Positions 25,989 through 34,566 of a stretch of DNA of 64,000 bases are shown piece by piece. Within the stretch, counting starts at the first letter, position 1; every line of letters begins with the position of its first letter. Source of the DNA: Candidatus Omnitrophota bacterium. GTDB lineage: Bacteria > Omnitrophota > Gorgyraeia > JACQQV01. The notes beneath the pieces were generated by a model. It did no database searches, had not been told where the DNA came from, and saw nothing but the letters and a program-made list of their open reading frames with translations. The DNA is taken from contig JACQQV010000021.1 in the NCBI GenBank assembly GCA_016206785.1, positions 63,509-127,508 on the forward strand. Direction: 5' to 3'. The translations under genes were made by a program, and so were the position numbers.

Positions 25989-27291
25989 AAACCGTAGACT
26001 CCTTTGGAACCGCATAATTTAAGGGGAAATGGACGAGGAACGTGGCTCCCCGACGCTCTTCACTTTCCACCTCAATCCGCCCGCCGTAGGAGCGGACGAG
26101 CTCATAACAGATGGAAAGTCCCAGACCGCACCCTTTGTCGATCTCTTTCGTCGTAAAGAACGGATCGAAAATGAAGGGCCGATTCTCTTTTGAGATGCCA
26201 CATCCTGTATCCGAGATACGTACCGTGATTTCATGGTCGCTGCGAAGGGTTGCGATCCGAAGTGTCCCCCCGTGAGGCATCGCCTCCAGGGCATTCTTAA
26301 TGACATTGGTAAAGATCTGGTCGATCCCTTTGTCCAGGAGTAACGGAAGGGCGGGATGGTACGCTTTAATGACTTGAACCCTGGAAGTATAAAAGTAATC
26401 GTTCAGGTTGGAAAGGACATCTTCAAGAACTTCATTCACATCCACCGGATTCATCGTGACGCGCTGGCGACTGGAAAAGGTGAGGAGGTTTTTGACGATA
26501 TTCACCATCCGGGTAAGGCCCTGTTTCACCTCCAGGAGATATTCCCGGACCATGTCCCCTTCCTTCAGGTGATTGAGAGAGAGATGAATGTAGCGAAGGG
26601 TTCCGTCCAGAGGGTTGTTCAGTTCATGAGCGATCCCCGCCGCCAATTTTCCGATCGAGGCCATTTTCTGAGAAAGTTCAAGCTCTGTTCCCAGTTGACG
26701 CTTTTCCTCCATCAGAAGGAGGGCGGTCTTGCGGGCTTCCTCCGCGTCATGATGAGACTTCTTGGCTTCGGCACCCAGATGTATCCTTTCAATCCCTTCG
26801 GCCACGTAAGAGGCGAAAAGGGTCATCCACTCCAGATCTTTGGAGACAAAGGGACGCTTCGATTTTTTATCGGTGAGGTTCAAGATGCCTAACAATTTCC
26901 CTTGAAAGACGATGGGGACAGAAAGGAAGGAGGTGGTACGGTAATGGGAAAAGCCGTTCCCGTTTTGGAACCGGAAATCGTTACGGATATCCTCAACCAG
27001 AATGGGAGATTGCCGGCTTGCCACATATCCCAGGATCCCCTCATCGAGCTTGCGCCTCACCTCCGGAAAGTGGGAGAGATACTCTCCAGAGGCCCCTTTA
27101 AGGACCAACTCTTTCTTGTTTTCGTCGACGAGGAAAAGGGATCCGACCTCCGCTTGAACCAGGTTGAGCGCTTCCCTTAAGGAGGTGTCTAAAAGGGAAT
27201 TAAGGAATTTTGCAGTTTGAATTCGCTCCAAAGCGGCCCGGAAACGGAGAATCGGGTCGAGTGGTTTACGTCGAAAGGTATCAAGAAACAT
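25978..27291 (-). CDS. GAF-domain sensor histidine kinase (cytoplasmic), 437 aa
   Basis: N-terminal GAF, H-box HELNNPLDG, and HATPase_c (GGTLRI...DTGCGI...GLGLSI). Confidence 0.8.
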   Translation of the reverse strand: MFLDTFRRKPLDPILRFRAALERIQTAKFLNSLLDTSLREALNLVQAEVGSLFLVDENKKELVLKGASGEYLSHFPEVRRKLDEGILGYVASRQSPILVEDIRNDFRFQNGNGFSHYRTTSFLSVPIVFQGKLLGILNLTDKKSKRPFVSKDLEWMTLFASYVAEGIERIHLGAEAKKSHHDAEEARKTALLLMEEKRQLGTELELSQKMASIGKLAAGIAHELNNPLDGTLRYIHLSLNHLKEGDMVREYLLEVKQGLTRMVNIVKNLLTFSSRQRVTMNPVDVNEVLEDVLSNLNDYFYTSRVQVIKAYHPALPLLLDKGIDQIFTNVIKNALEAMPHGGTLRIATLRSDHEITVRISDTGCGISKENRPFIFDPFFTTKEIDKGCGLGLSICYELVRSYGGRIEVESEERRGATFLVHFPLNYAVPKESTVYAR

Positions 27292-28159
27292 TTTTCTGTG
27301 TCCTCCTTGATGATTTTAACCGCTCAATCCGTTTTTTGAAAAGAGCGACATCCTTATGGTCGGGATAAGATTGGATGAATGATTCGTAGATCGCGATTCC
27401 TTTTTCCGGCTGTTTGAGCCGCAGGCTATAGGCATCGATCCTTGGAAAGTACATCCGACTCATCCTGGGATAGGTGAGAATAATTTCTTTAAGGACCTCC
27501 AGGGCTTTTTCCCATTTCTTCTGTTCCTCATACCCTCCCAGAAGATAGCTCATCGCCAAAAACTGTAGAGGTTTTTTAGGATGTTCCTGAATCAGTCGGC
27601 GGTAGTAGTCGGCCGCGGCCTCGTAACTTTCACTCCCCTTCTTACTGTCTGTCTTAAGGTCATGCCTTGCAATATAAAGAGGGATCTCAAGCCCGAGTTG
27701 ACTCTCCGGATACCGATCTCTTAAAAGACGGTACTCCTTCAAGGCCGCCTCCCAATGACCTTCCTTTTCATACGAGAATCCTACCAAGAATTGGGACCTT
27801 GCGTTAAAGGCCTTATCGTCGGGAAAATCCTTCCGGATCTTTGTCAAAAAATTTCTTCCCTCTTGATATTTTTTTTCGAAGATGAGGAGTCCTGCAATGG
27901 AGAGGTTGGATTCCTTGATCAAGGTGGGGTTCCCGGGATAATCTTTGATGATACCCTCAAAGCGTTTCCGTGATTTCTCGAACAAAGGGGGCGGCGTCGA
28001 CTCGGGGTTTACCACAATTTTCTGGGAGAGGGCCTTTGCTTTCCAAAAGCGTGTTTCCGTCGCATAGGTATTCTTTGAGGCATCCTTGGATCCCAAGTAA
28101 CGCAAACCCCCGTAGACCAGAAGAAGGAGGATCAGATAAACGCTAAGCGCTTTTTTCAT
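27281..28159 (-). CDS. TPR-repeat protein with signal peptide, 292 aa
   Basis: The N-terminus MKKALSVYLILLLLVYGGLRYLGS is signal-like. Multiple TPR-like repeats follow. Confidence 0.6.
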   Translation of the reverse strand: MKKALSVYLILLLLVYGGLRYLGSKDASKNTYATETRFWKAKALSQKIVVNPESTPPPLFEKSRKRFEGIIKDYPGNPTLIKESNLSIAGLLIFEKKYQEGRNFLTKIRKDFPDDKAFNARSQFLVGFSYEKEGHWEAALKEYRLLRDRYPESQLGLEIPLYIARHDLKTDSKKGSESYEAAADYYRRLIQEHPKKPLQFLAMSYLLGGYEEQKKWEKALEVLKEIILTYPRMSRMYFPRIDAYSLRLKQPEKGIAIYESFIQSYPDHKDVALFKKRIERLKSSRRTQKNVS

Positions 28160-29015
28160 GCCGTATCCTTAGAAAAAAGAGGGTTACACTCACCGCAATA
28201 AAGGTGTCGACGAGAAGCGTGGCCACGATCCCCACTCCCAAAAGCCAGACAATCGCTTCCGGCTGGAGGGTTCTTTGAACCAGAAAAGCGCTCCTTCCCT
28301 TCAAAAACCAGATCGGGCTATAACATAGCGCGGGAAAAAGGAGCAAAAGAAACACACGCCCAAAATGCCTCCCACCAAACACAATCCCTTCTCCGAGGGC
28401 GCGGAAGAATTTCTTGTTCTCAAGGACAAGGCAAGGAAAGATGAACAGGACAAGGGTTTGGATTGCGACGGCGATCAAGAAATTGAGGTAGCGAAAGCTC
28501 TTCGTGAGAAATTCAAGGGCTTTGCGTAGAAAACCCCTTCCGGCAAATTCAAACCCCGCCCTTAAAAAGGAGACCTCCCGCCCGCTCACAAAACCGAGCA
28601 GAAAAACGATGAACAGGGAGACGAGGATCAGAGCAAAGAGACGTTTTCTCACCTTCTTCCAGGCCGCTCCGAAGGTCAGGGGATGTCCTTCGGAGAGTGA
28701 GGCGGCCATTACGATCGTAACCGCAGTCAGGATCCCCCCAACGAAAATATAGATGAGAAGCTGGGCATACCCAAAAAGACTCGGCACAATAAAAAGGAAT
28801 GCCGGATAATGAAGACTGAATTCGCCAAAGAAACGCTTGATGGGAGGAAGAAAGAAGGTTTTTAAAGGAGGTTGAAGGCTAAAGCAGAGGATCTCAAGCC
28901 AGAGTGCTTCCAGAAACGCGACGATGGAAAGAGGTAAAAGGAGACGGGGTGTTTTTCGAATAAGATCATAGGCATCCAACCAGATATTTCCAAGTGTGTT
29001 CAATTTTTTAGACAT
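28143..29015 (-). CDS. polytopic membrane protein of unknown function, 290 aa
   Basis: ORF track. At least 6 hydrophobic helices. It is the first gene of the apparent operon with the TPR protein, histidine kinase and response regulator. Confidence 0.4.
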   Translation of the reverse strand: MSKKLNTLGNIWLDAYDLIRKTPRLLLPLSIVAFLEALWLEILCFSLQPPLKTFFLPPIKRFFGEFSLHYPAFLFIVPSLFGYAQLLIYIFVGGILTAVTIVMAASLSEGHPLTFGAAWKKVRKRLFALILVSLFIVFLLGFVSGREVSFLRAGFEFAGRGFLRKALEFLTKSFRYLNFLIAVAIQTLVLFIFPCLVLENKKFFRALGEGIVFGGRHFGRVFLLLLFPALCYSPIWFLKGRSAFLVQRTLQPEAIVWLLGVGIVATLLVDTFIAVSVTLFFLRIRHEKSA

Positions 29016-29048
29016 TGTTTATAGTTTACCATCCCTAAAAGGTAAGTC

Positions 29049-29094
29049 AAGTAAAAATTTAAAAAATTACAGGGGTAGATTTCTCTACCCCTGT
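29049..29094 (-). terminator. rho-independent terminator downstream of PEP-CTERM gene 29161..30189
   Basis: Perfect hairpin ACAGGGGTAGA-tttc-TCTACCCCTGT (29069-29094; 11-bp stem, 4-nt loop). On the minus strand a U-rich tract follows it (plus-strand aagtaaaaatttaaaaaatt, 29049-29068). Confidence 0.7.
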
Positions 29095-29160
29095 AACGTT
29101 ACACCGTCATTCCGAGGGAACCTATCTCATTTTACTACAACAAGTTAAGACTTGTATGAA

Positions 29161-30189
29161 TTACTTCTTAATCAGTCTTTTTCTCCCGAAGCCGGCCATC
29201 CCCAGAAGACCTGAACCTAACAGGAGCATGGATGAAGGTTCTGGAATAACGCCATCCGTTGTTGGGGGGGGAGGTGGTTCATTAATCCCCGCTCTCCCGA
29301 AAACGTGGAAAAGAGCCAGGAAGATGTTGTCATCATGAGAAGGGTTTATGGTTGTCACCGCGATAGTGGTATCCCCATCGGTAATTTGTGGCACGAGGTT
29401 GTACCGCTCATGATCCTCTGCATAGGTTGGGAGTAAAGGTGAGAAGGGATCATCAAAGCCGCCGACAGTAATCAATTGACCATTCGAAATAGAACCGATC
29501 CCATCATCATTGTTCCCGGCATTTTCTGTGATCGTAACGCCATTCACGGTGATCGTGGATCTCTGACCGCAACAGCTGAAGTTATCTCCGATGATCATTT
29601 CTGCAAAAAACCCTGCATCGGCCGGATGGAGCGGATCAGCAAAATTGATTGCCGTTGCATCCCCGCCAACTGCAGAAAAACCATCGAGGATTCCCACTGT
29701 CGCAACGGGGAGGGCCGGGTGAGAGTAAACGACGACCAGCGCCTCACCATCCTGACCTCCGAATCCCTCTGTCACCGTGAAGTTATAAATACCGCCCGGG
29801 CCTCCATCAATGATCGGTTTGACAATCCCGGTCACATCGGCACGGGCCGAGCCCAATCCACAACAGGCTGTTACATTGAATACACTCGGACCGAACGCAA
29901 CAGCATTTCCGTCTAATGTTGCGGTAGGAGCTGCCAGGCTGCCGAAAAATCCGGTGTAGAGATACGCGTTCAACACCGTTGCCCCCACGGGCACACTTGC
30001 GGAAATCGTGCCTGTCTGTCCTGTACTTCCGAAACCATCCGAGGAGTAGCCGACATTTCCCACAAACGTAACGAACTCTGTCAAGCTGGCATGCGCTACT
30101 CCCGCGACGCCAAGGGTGAGAAATGCCACCCCGATGACTGCCACGAACACCTTTTTCACGATAGGCCCCCTTCCCTGTTCATGGTTCAT
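29161..30189 (-). CDS. PEP-CTERM sorting-domain protein, 342 aa
   Basis: N-terminal signal peptide, Gly/Thr-rich body, and C-terminus VIPEPSSMLLLGSGLLGMAGFGRKRLIKK (PEP motif, TM helix, basic tail). Confidence 0.85.
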   Translation of the reverse strand: MNHEQGRGPIVKKVFVAVIGVAFLTLGVAGVAHASLTEFVTFVGNVGYSSDGFGSTGQTGTISASVPVGATVLNAYLYTGFFGSLAAPTATLDGNAVAFGPSVFNVTACCGLGSARADVTGIVKPIIDGGPGGIYNFTVTEGFGGQDGEALVVVYSHPALPVATVGILDGFSAVGGDATAINFADPLHPADAGFFAEMIIGDNFSCCGQRSTITVNGVTITENAGNNDDGIGSISNGQLITVGGFDDPFSPLLPTYAEDHERYNLVPQITDGDTTIAVTTINPSHDDNIFLALFHVFGRAGINEPPPPPTTDGVIPEPSSMLLLGSGLLGMAGFGRKRLIKK

Positions 30190-30210
30190 GGTGTGTGTTG
30201 CAAAAAGACC

Positions 30211-30537
30211 TTACGAGGTCTTCTTTCTAAACAACCTTCGAAGCCTTGAGCGACCGAGAGCACTACTGAGAAGTCCGGTGCCGAACAAAAGAAGGGAGCC
30301 AGGTTCTGGAGTATGGGCAAGGGTCGATGTTTCATTCCCATCACTCCCCCCATTTTCTGAAGAGACAAGCGTCACGACCCCGCTACTACTTCCGTAATAC
30401 TCTCCACCTGAACTCCCTGTTCCACTCAGTGCTCCTAAAAGACTGCTGAACGCCCCTCCCCCGCCTCCCTCCTCACAACCTGAAAGGAGGATAAGGAGAA
30501 GGGGTAAAAGGAGGAGAATAGATTTATCTCTGAACAA
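30211..30537 (-). CDS. small PEP-CTERM protein with lipoprotein-type signal, 108 aa
   Basis: LLSGC lipobox-like segment, Gly/Ser-rich body, and C-terminus TPEPGSLLLFGTGLLSSALGRSRLRR. Confidence 0.75.
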   Translation of the reverse strand: MFRDKSILLLLPLLLILLSGCEEGGGGGAFSSLLGALSGTGSSGGEYYGSSSGVVTLVSSENGGSDGNETSTLAHTPEPGSLLLFGTGLLSSALGRSRLRRLFRKKTS

Positions 30538-30579
30538 TCAAAATCACTTCCTTAATACAATACCCAGATTCGCCGAGAC

Positions 30580-31221
30580 TTAGGCGGCGTTCCTTTTCCT
30601 TCTTGCAAACCCCAATGCGCCGAGAAGCCCTGACCCGAAGAGGATCATGCTGGTCGGTTCCGGAATGGTGGTATGGAATCCGGCATCCGGAATCCGGTCA
30701 TCGGGTGGTGCGCCTGCGTTATCCAGAAGGCTAAAGGTATTGAACCCTCCGAGCGGAAAGCTGGCAAACATCCCTGATGGGATACCATATTCCACCGCGG
30801 ATCCCAAGACGGCCGAGGGCGCGCCTCCGACAGGAGTTCCACTTCCATCGAAGACGGTAAAGCCTGAGGCACGGAAGTCAAAGATCCTGTCGGCCAGGTC
30901 TGTGAAATCACCGTCCGCGTTGGTATCGAGTCCTGTGGTGTAGAAAACAGGGTCGATCGGCGGAAGGATATCGAGCGACGTGAAGGTCGGCACCCCATAG
31001 AGTTCGATGAGGACATAAAGTGCCCCCGCGTCACTCTGCATCGCAACCCGCGAGATGTCATAGGCATCCGGGATCGCTCCCTCATTCGGGTCAAACCCGT
31101 TGATCAAAAGTCCTGCCACCCATTCGCCGGCGGAATTAATCCCGTCGACGACGACGGCAGAGGCATCACTGGTAAATAAAAGAAGTGATGCCATCACTAC
31201 TGCTAACGTTACCTTTTTCAT
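30580..31221 (-). CDS. PEP-CTERM sorting-domain protein, 213 aa
   Basis: Signal peptide MKKVTLAVVMASLLLFTSDASA. C-terminus IPEPTSMILFGSGLLGALGFARRKRNAA. Confidence 0.85.
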   Translation of the reverse strand: MKKVTLAVVMASLLLFTSDASAVVVDGINSAGEWVAGLLINGFDPNEGAIPDAYDISRVAMQSDAGALYVLIELYGVPTFTSLDILPPIDPVFYTTGLDTNADGDFTDLADRIFDFRASGFTVFDGSGTPVGGAPSAVLGSAVEYGIPSGMFASFPLGGFNTFSLLDNAGAPPDDRIPDAGFHTTIPEPTSMILFGSGLLGALGFARRKRNAA

Positions 31222-32012
31222 TCTATTTCCTCCTTTTTAAACAACGTTTTCTTCTTACGCTTTAATAATCCTAAAAGACCCACACCTAAGAGCCCAAAAG
31301 AACTCGGCTCGGGGATGACATGGAGACATCCTCCAAGTTGCGGGCAGATCGCCCATTCCTCAAACCCATCATTGGAGGCGAAGTTGGTGCCGAGTTGGGA
31401 ATAGAGATAAACAAAATCCGAGTCCGCGGCTGTTGTAAAGAGACTCTCCGGAATGTAGGCGAACATATCCCCCTTGCCGCTGCCAGGATTTAGGATGTAA
31501 TTCAACTTCACATAACTATCTCCCGCAGCATCGAGATCATAGATAGGAACGCCGAGAGAAGCAAGATTGGAGGTGATGCTACCGCTATTTTTAATGAAGA
31601 TTTGCAGTTCGTCCAACGAGAGGAAAGCATCCGGCGCGGTTTGGTTAATGTCTAACAAAAACTCGCGGTAATCGACACCATTAATCGTAACGACGGGTAC
31701 ACTCCCTAAGGTAATGGAATGAGTAAAGACTGGACTTGTGTTCACATCGGGCCAAAGAGGGAGCGGGCGACCATCTGTGTTATATCCCTCTTCGGTCCCA
31801 TTATGTTGAATGCGAACAAATGAATCAATGATGCCGGTCCCTGTTGCATGGCGGTTAAGGTCAGTCTGCAGGAAGAAAGCCCCATTAACGAAACCTGAGG
31901 AGGCCGCGGTTGTGAGGTCCAGGACGACCGCCTGCGCTTCGGAAACGCTACCCATAATGCCGATGCCTACCATCATGAGAAGAGCGCTACAAAAGAATAC
32001 GAACCGCTTCAT
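31218..32012 (-). CDS. PEP-CTERM sorting-domain protein
   Basis: C-terminus VIPEPSSFGLLGVGLLGLLKRKKK. The likely start is MKRFVFFCSALLMMV at about 32012. The track ORF starts at 32024. Confidence 0.8.
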   Translation of the reverse strand: MKRFVFFCSALLMMVGIGIMGSVSEAQAVVLDLTTAASSGFVNGAFFLQTDLNRHATGTGIIDSFVRIQHNGTEEGYNTDGRPLPLWPDVNTSPVFTHSITLGSVPVVTINGVDYREFLLDINQTAPDAFLSLDELQIFIKNSGSITSNLASLGVPIYDLDAAGDSYVKLNYILNPGSGKGDMFAYIPESLFTTAADSDFVYLYSQLGTNFASNDGFEEWAICPQLGGCLHVIPEPSSFGLLGVGLLGLLKRKKKTLFKKEEIE

Positions 32013-32023
32013 TCTCACCCCCA

Positions 32024-32824
32024 TTACCTCGCCCCTTTACCGGTTAAGACCACAACAAACGTGTTTACCAGAATCCGAAGATCGACCAAAAGACACATCT
32101 TGCGAATATAGAGAAGATCGTATTTTACTTTCTTCCGGACATCCTGAACCGTCTCGTCGTATTTGTGCCAGACCTGTGCAAGTCCCGTAATCCCCGGTTT
32201 GACCTTCAGTCTTCTCTCGTAATCCGGAATCGCTTCCCGAAGCTGATTCACAAATTCAGGCCGCTCCGGTCTTGGACCGATAAAGCTCATCTCCCCGCGG
32301 AGCACGTTCCAGAGTTGCGGAATCTCATCGAGGTGCATCTTCCGGATCCATTTCCCACCGGCAATGAGACGGGGGTCATTCTCTTTGGCCCAGACCGCCC
32401 CGGTCTCTTTTTCGGCATCCACACGCATGGTACGTAACTTATAAATGGTAAAGAGGACTCCCTCTTTTCCGACCCGCGCTTGTTTAAAGAAAATAGGACC
32501 TGGTGAAACGATCTTGATGAAGAGCCCAACAAGGATTAAAAGCGGAAGGGCCGAGAGGAGTCCGAGGAAAGATACGGTGCAGTCGAAAATTCTTTTAAAC
32601 TCCTGAAAACGGCGGCGGGCAAAACGGACGATCGCCCCCACTACGCCACCACCCCCCAATAAGATCGCACTGCTCGGTTCAGGAAGAACCGCGTGATTAT
32701 TCGCAAGGTCGCTGGCCGAAGAAGAACCGACGTAGAGAAACGAAGCCAACCCGATGAGGGCGAAAATGAATACTCCCACGACCAGTGCAATCCGGATTTT
32801 CCCTTTGAGACTTTTATGCGACAT
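32024..32824 (-). CDS. bacterial sugar transferase (polyprenyl-phosphate glycosyl-phosphotransferase, Bac_transf/EpsB-like) with an N-terminal TM segment and an internal PEP-CTERM-like motif
   Basis: The C-terminal catalytic domain is ...IVSPGPIFFKQARVGKEGVLFTIYKLRTM...DEIPQLWNVLRGEMSFIGPRPERPEF... The N-terminal region MSHKSLKGKIRIALVVGVFIFALIGLASF... contains VLPEPSSAILLGGGGVVGAIVRFARRR. The track ORF extends to 32926, but a sigma-54 promoter lies inside that extension, so the start is probably MSHKS at about 32824. Confidence 0.75.
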   Translation of the reverse strand: MSHKSLKGKIRIALVVGVFIFALIGLASFLYVGSSSASDLANNHAVLPEPSSAILLGGGGVVGAIVRFARRRFQEFKRIFDCTVSFLGLLSALPLLILVGLFIKIVSPGPIFFKQARVGKEGVLFTIYKLRTMRVDAEKETGAVWAKENDPRLIAGGKWIRKMHLDEIPQLWNVLRGEMSFIGPRPERPEFVNQLREAIPDYERRLKVKPGITGLAQVWHKYDETVQDVRKKVKYDLLYIRKMCLLVDLRILVNTFVVVLTGKGAR

Positions 32825-32894
32825 GAAACTTCTTTCTTTGTTCAGAGTTGAACCAAACAGGGCATAAAAATAGCGTGACATACTGTTATAAGAA

Positions 32895-32909
32895 GCATGT
32901 TTCGTGCCA
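32895..32909 (-). promoter_or_regulatory. sigma-54 (-24/-12) promoter on minus strand: TGGCACGAAACATGC
   Basis: Plus-strand gcatgtttcgtgcca at 32895-32909 is minus-strand TGGCACG-AAAC-ATGC, matching the consensus TGGCACG-N4-TTGC(W) with a single change (TTGC to ATGC). It lies about 70 nt upstream of the proposed MSHKS start. rpoN and a sigma-54-dependent regulator are encoded nearby. Confidence 0.6.
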
Positions 32910-33005
32910 ACTCCCTTTCTTCTCAAAAAAATTTCTCTGTTTTCATAATTTTTAACTCTTTTATCTACAATAAGTTACGAGATTATTTTTGGCCGTTTTT
33001 AGGAC

Positions 33006-33036
33006 TGTCTAGGATATACGTGGACATACTTAGACA
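33006..33036. promoter_or_regulatory. candidate enhancer/UAS dyad TGTCTA-N19-TAGACA about 100-130 nt upstream of the sigma-54 promoter
   Basis: TGTCTA at 33006-33011 and its exact reverse complement TAGACA at 33031-33036. The distance from the -24/-12 element is typical for a bacterial enhancer-binding-protein site. Confidence 0.3.
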
Positions 33037-33118
33037 ATCCATTCTTTTTTTGTTGATCAAACTCGACATCGTGTTGACGGTTCGTGTTGGAGGTTAACCA
33101 GTTAGCGGGTTGGCGAGT

Positions 33119-33742
33119 TCAGGCGTGGGGTTCTTGGGTTAAGATCGGGAGAAGTTCTCCGATAAACCGTTTTGCTGTTATGAGGGATTCCTCTTCACTC
33201 TTTGAAATCGGAACGATGATCCGGACCATAGCCCCTCCCAATCCCTTACCGGTCGCTTGCTTCATGACCCACCGGATCTGCTGAGTGAAGTAATCATTGG
33301 TGAATTCCTTGCCCAACATGTACCAATAGAGAACGACGTTTTGGCTCTTTCCCTCTCCGGCAAGGAGTCGGTTTACCGTTAGGGTTTGACCGGGAAAGGA
33401 AAGACTCTCCTTCGTCGTCTTTGTGACAGAAACCCCGCTTCCAATCAGACAGACGACCGGAGGATGGCAGACACGGCGGTTGGTTTCGGAATAGATCACA
33501 AACAGATCAACGGATTCACCCTTTTTGTTTCGATACTGCCGCAGGGCCAAATTCCTTGTTTCAAGAATCTCGTAATCATGGTCGGAGACGGCGACGTCAC
33601 TTGCTTTCCATTCACCGATCTCCATCGGAATTTCGCGGATGTCCCGAATATCCTTCTCCACCCTCTGCATCTGGTAAAAGTGGAAGGAAATGGCACCGAC
33701 GATGACGAAAAGGAAACTGCTGACAACCCAATGCTTCTTCAT
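33119..33742 (-). CDS. EpsI-family exosortase-associated protein, 207 aa
   Basis: N-terminal TM helix. ...GESVDLFVIYSETNRRVCHPPVVCLIGSGVSV... matches the EpsI signature. It overlaps the exosortase gene stop by 4 nt. Confidence 0.7.
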   Translation of the reverse strand: MKKHWVVSSFLFVIVGAISFHFYQMQRVEKDIRDIREIPMEIGEWKASDVAVSDHDYEILETRNLALRQYRNKKGESVDLFVIYSETNRRVCHPPVVCLIGSGVSVTKTTKESLSFPGQTLTVNRLLAGEGKSQNVVLYWYMLGKEFTNDYFTQQIRWVMKQATGKGLGGAMVRIIVPISKSEEESLITAKRFIGELLPILTQEPHA

Positions 33743-34545
33743 CGGAGAATCCTTCCGACGGTGGAGAGGCCACCCAGTGCGAGTCCGAACACGACGAATC
33801 CGGAGAAATCATGAAAGAATTTGAGGGCCGCTTCAACGCCGTAGATATCGGCGATACCTGCAAGAAGGATGATGCGGACGATATTGGCAATCATGGCGAT
33901 CGGAATGGAAGAAAGGAAAAAGAGCGTTTTCCTCGGAAAAGAGGCCTGTTTGAGATACGCAAAAAGGACGCCGAGTGTCAGAAGCGACAAAAGCGACCGA
34001 AGGCCGCTACAGGGATCTTCCACCGCAACCACCGCATTTTTCATGTAGATCAGATGACCTTTTTGAAGAGCGGGAAACCCGATCGCATGAAGTACATGGG
34101 TCGCACACATCGCTGCGAAAAGTTTAAGACGCACCGTCGCCGTTCCAACGACCACGAGGGGAAACGGAACCATGAAAAGGAGAAAGATTATCGGAAAGGC
34201 CGCCGCCCGAAGCATCTTTTTCCCCCAGAGAAAAAGCACGAGTCCCGTGACGGTTAAGAGGATGGAGAAGGCCGAAGTGAAATAGACCTTGATCAAAGCA
34301 CTCACCAGATGGACCAAGAGTCCTGTGATCAGCAGAGGAAGGCCCCATCGGGAGGGCGAAGGAACGATAGTGGCGATCTCCTTCCGTTTACGCCAAACCA
34401 GATAAAGACTCACAAAGGGAATCAAGAATCCATGGCCGAAATAGGAATCTTTCGCGCTCCAACGGTCCACCATCCAGACAATCGTCGGGAAATAAGCGAA
34501 GGTGAGCAGAAGACTCATGACACCGAGTGAAATCCACTTTTTCAT
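33739..34545 (-). CDS. exosortase (EpsH/Xrt family)
   Basis: Polytopic membrane protein with the exosortase Cys motif AVEDPCSGLRSLLSLL and the Asn/Arg motif IANIVRIILLAGI. The likely start is MKKWISLGVMSLLLTF at about 34545. The track ORF's extra 24 N-terminal residues are translated from the upstream repeat region. Confidence 0.85.
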   Translation of the reverse strand: MKKWISLGVMSLLLTFAYFPTIVWMVDRWSAKDSYFGHGFLIPFVSLYLVWRKRKEIATIVPSPSRWGLPLLITGLLVHLVSALIKVYFTSAFSILLTVTGLVLFLWGKKMLRAAAFPIIFLLFMVPFPLVVVGTATVRLKLFAAMCATHVLHAIGFPALQKGHLIYMKNAVVAVEDPCSGLRSLLSLLTLGVLFAYLKQASFPRKTLFFLSSIPIAMIANIVRIILLAGIADIYGVEAALKFFHDFSGFVVFGLALGGLSTVGRILR

Positions 34546-34566
34546 AGGGCTGTCTTCCCGAAAAAT

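Noticed and set aside
29069-29094. Hairpin considered as a possible attenuator or protein-binding palindrome rather than a terminator
   Set aside because: A perfect 11-bp GC-containing stem with a 4-nt loop is followed on the transcribed strand by a U-rich tract, and it lies immediately after a stop codon. The classical intrinsic-terminator reading is sufficient.
32825-32926. N-terminal 34 codons (MRRKGVGTKHASYNSMSRYFYALFGSTLNKERSF) of the track's sugar-transferase ORF
   Set aside because: A near-consensus sigma-54 -24/-12 element lies inside this stretch on the coding strand, and the extension is not hydrophobic or conserved-looking. The true start is probably the downstream MSHKS.
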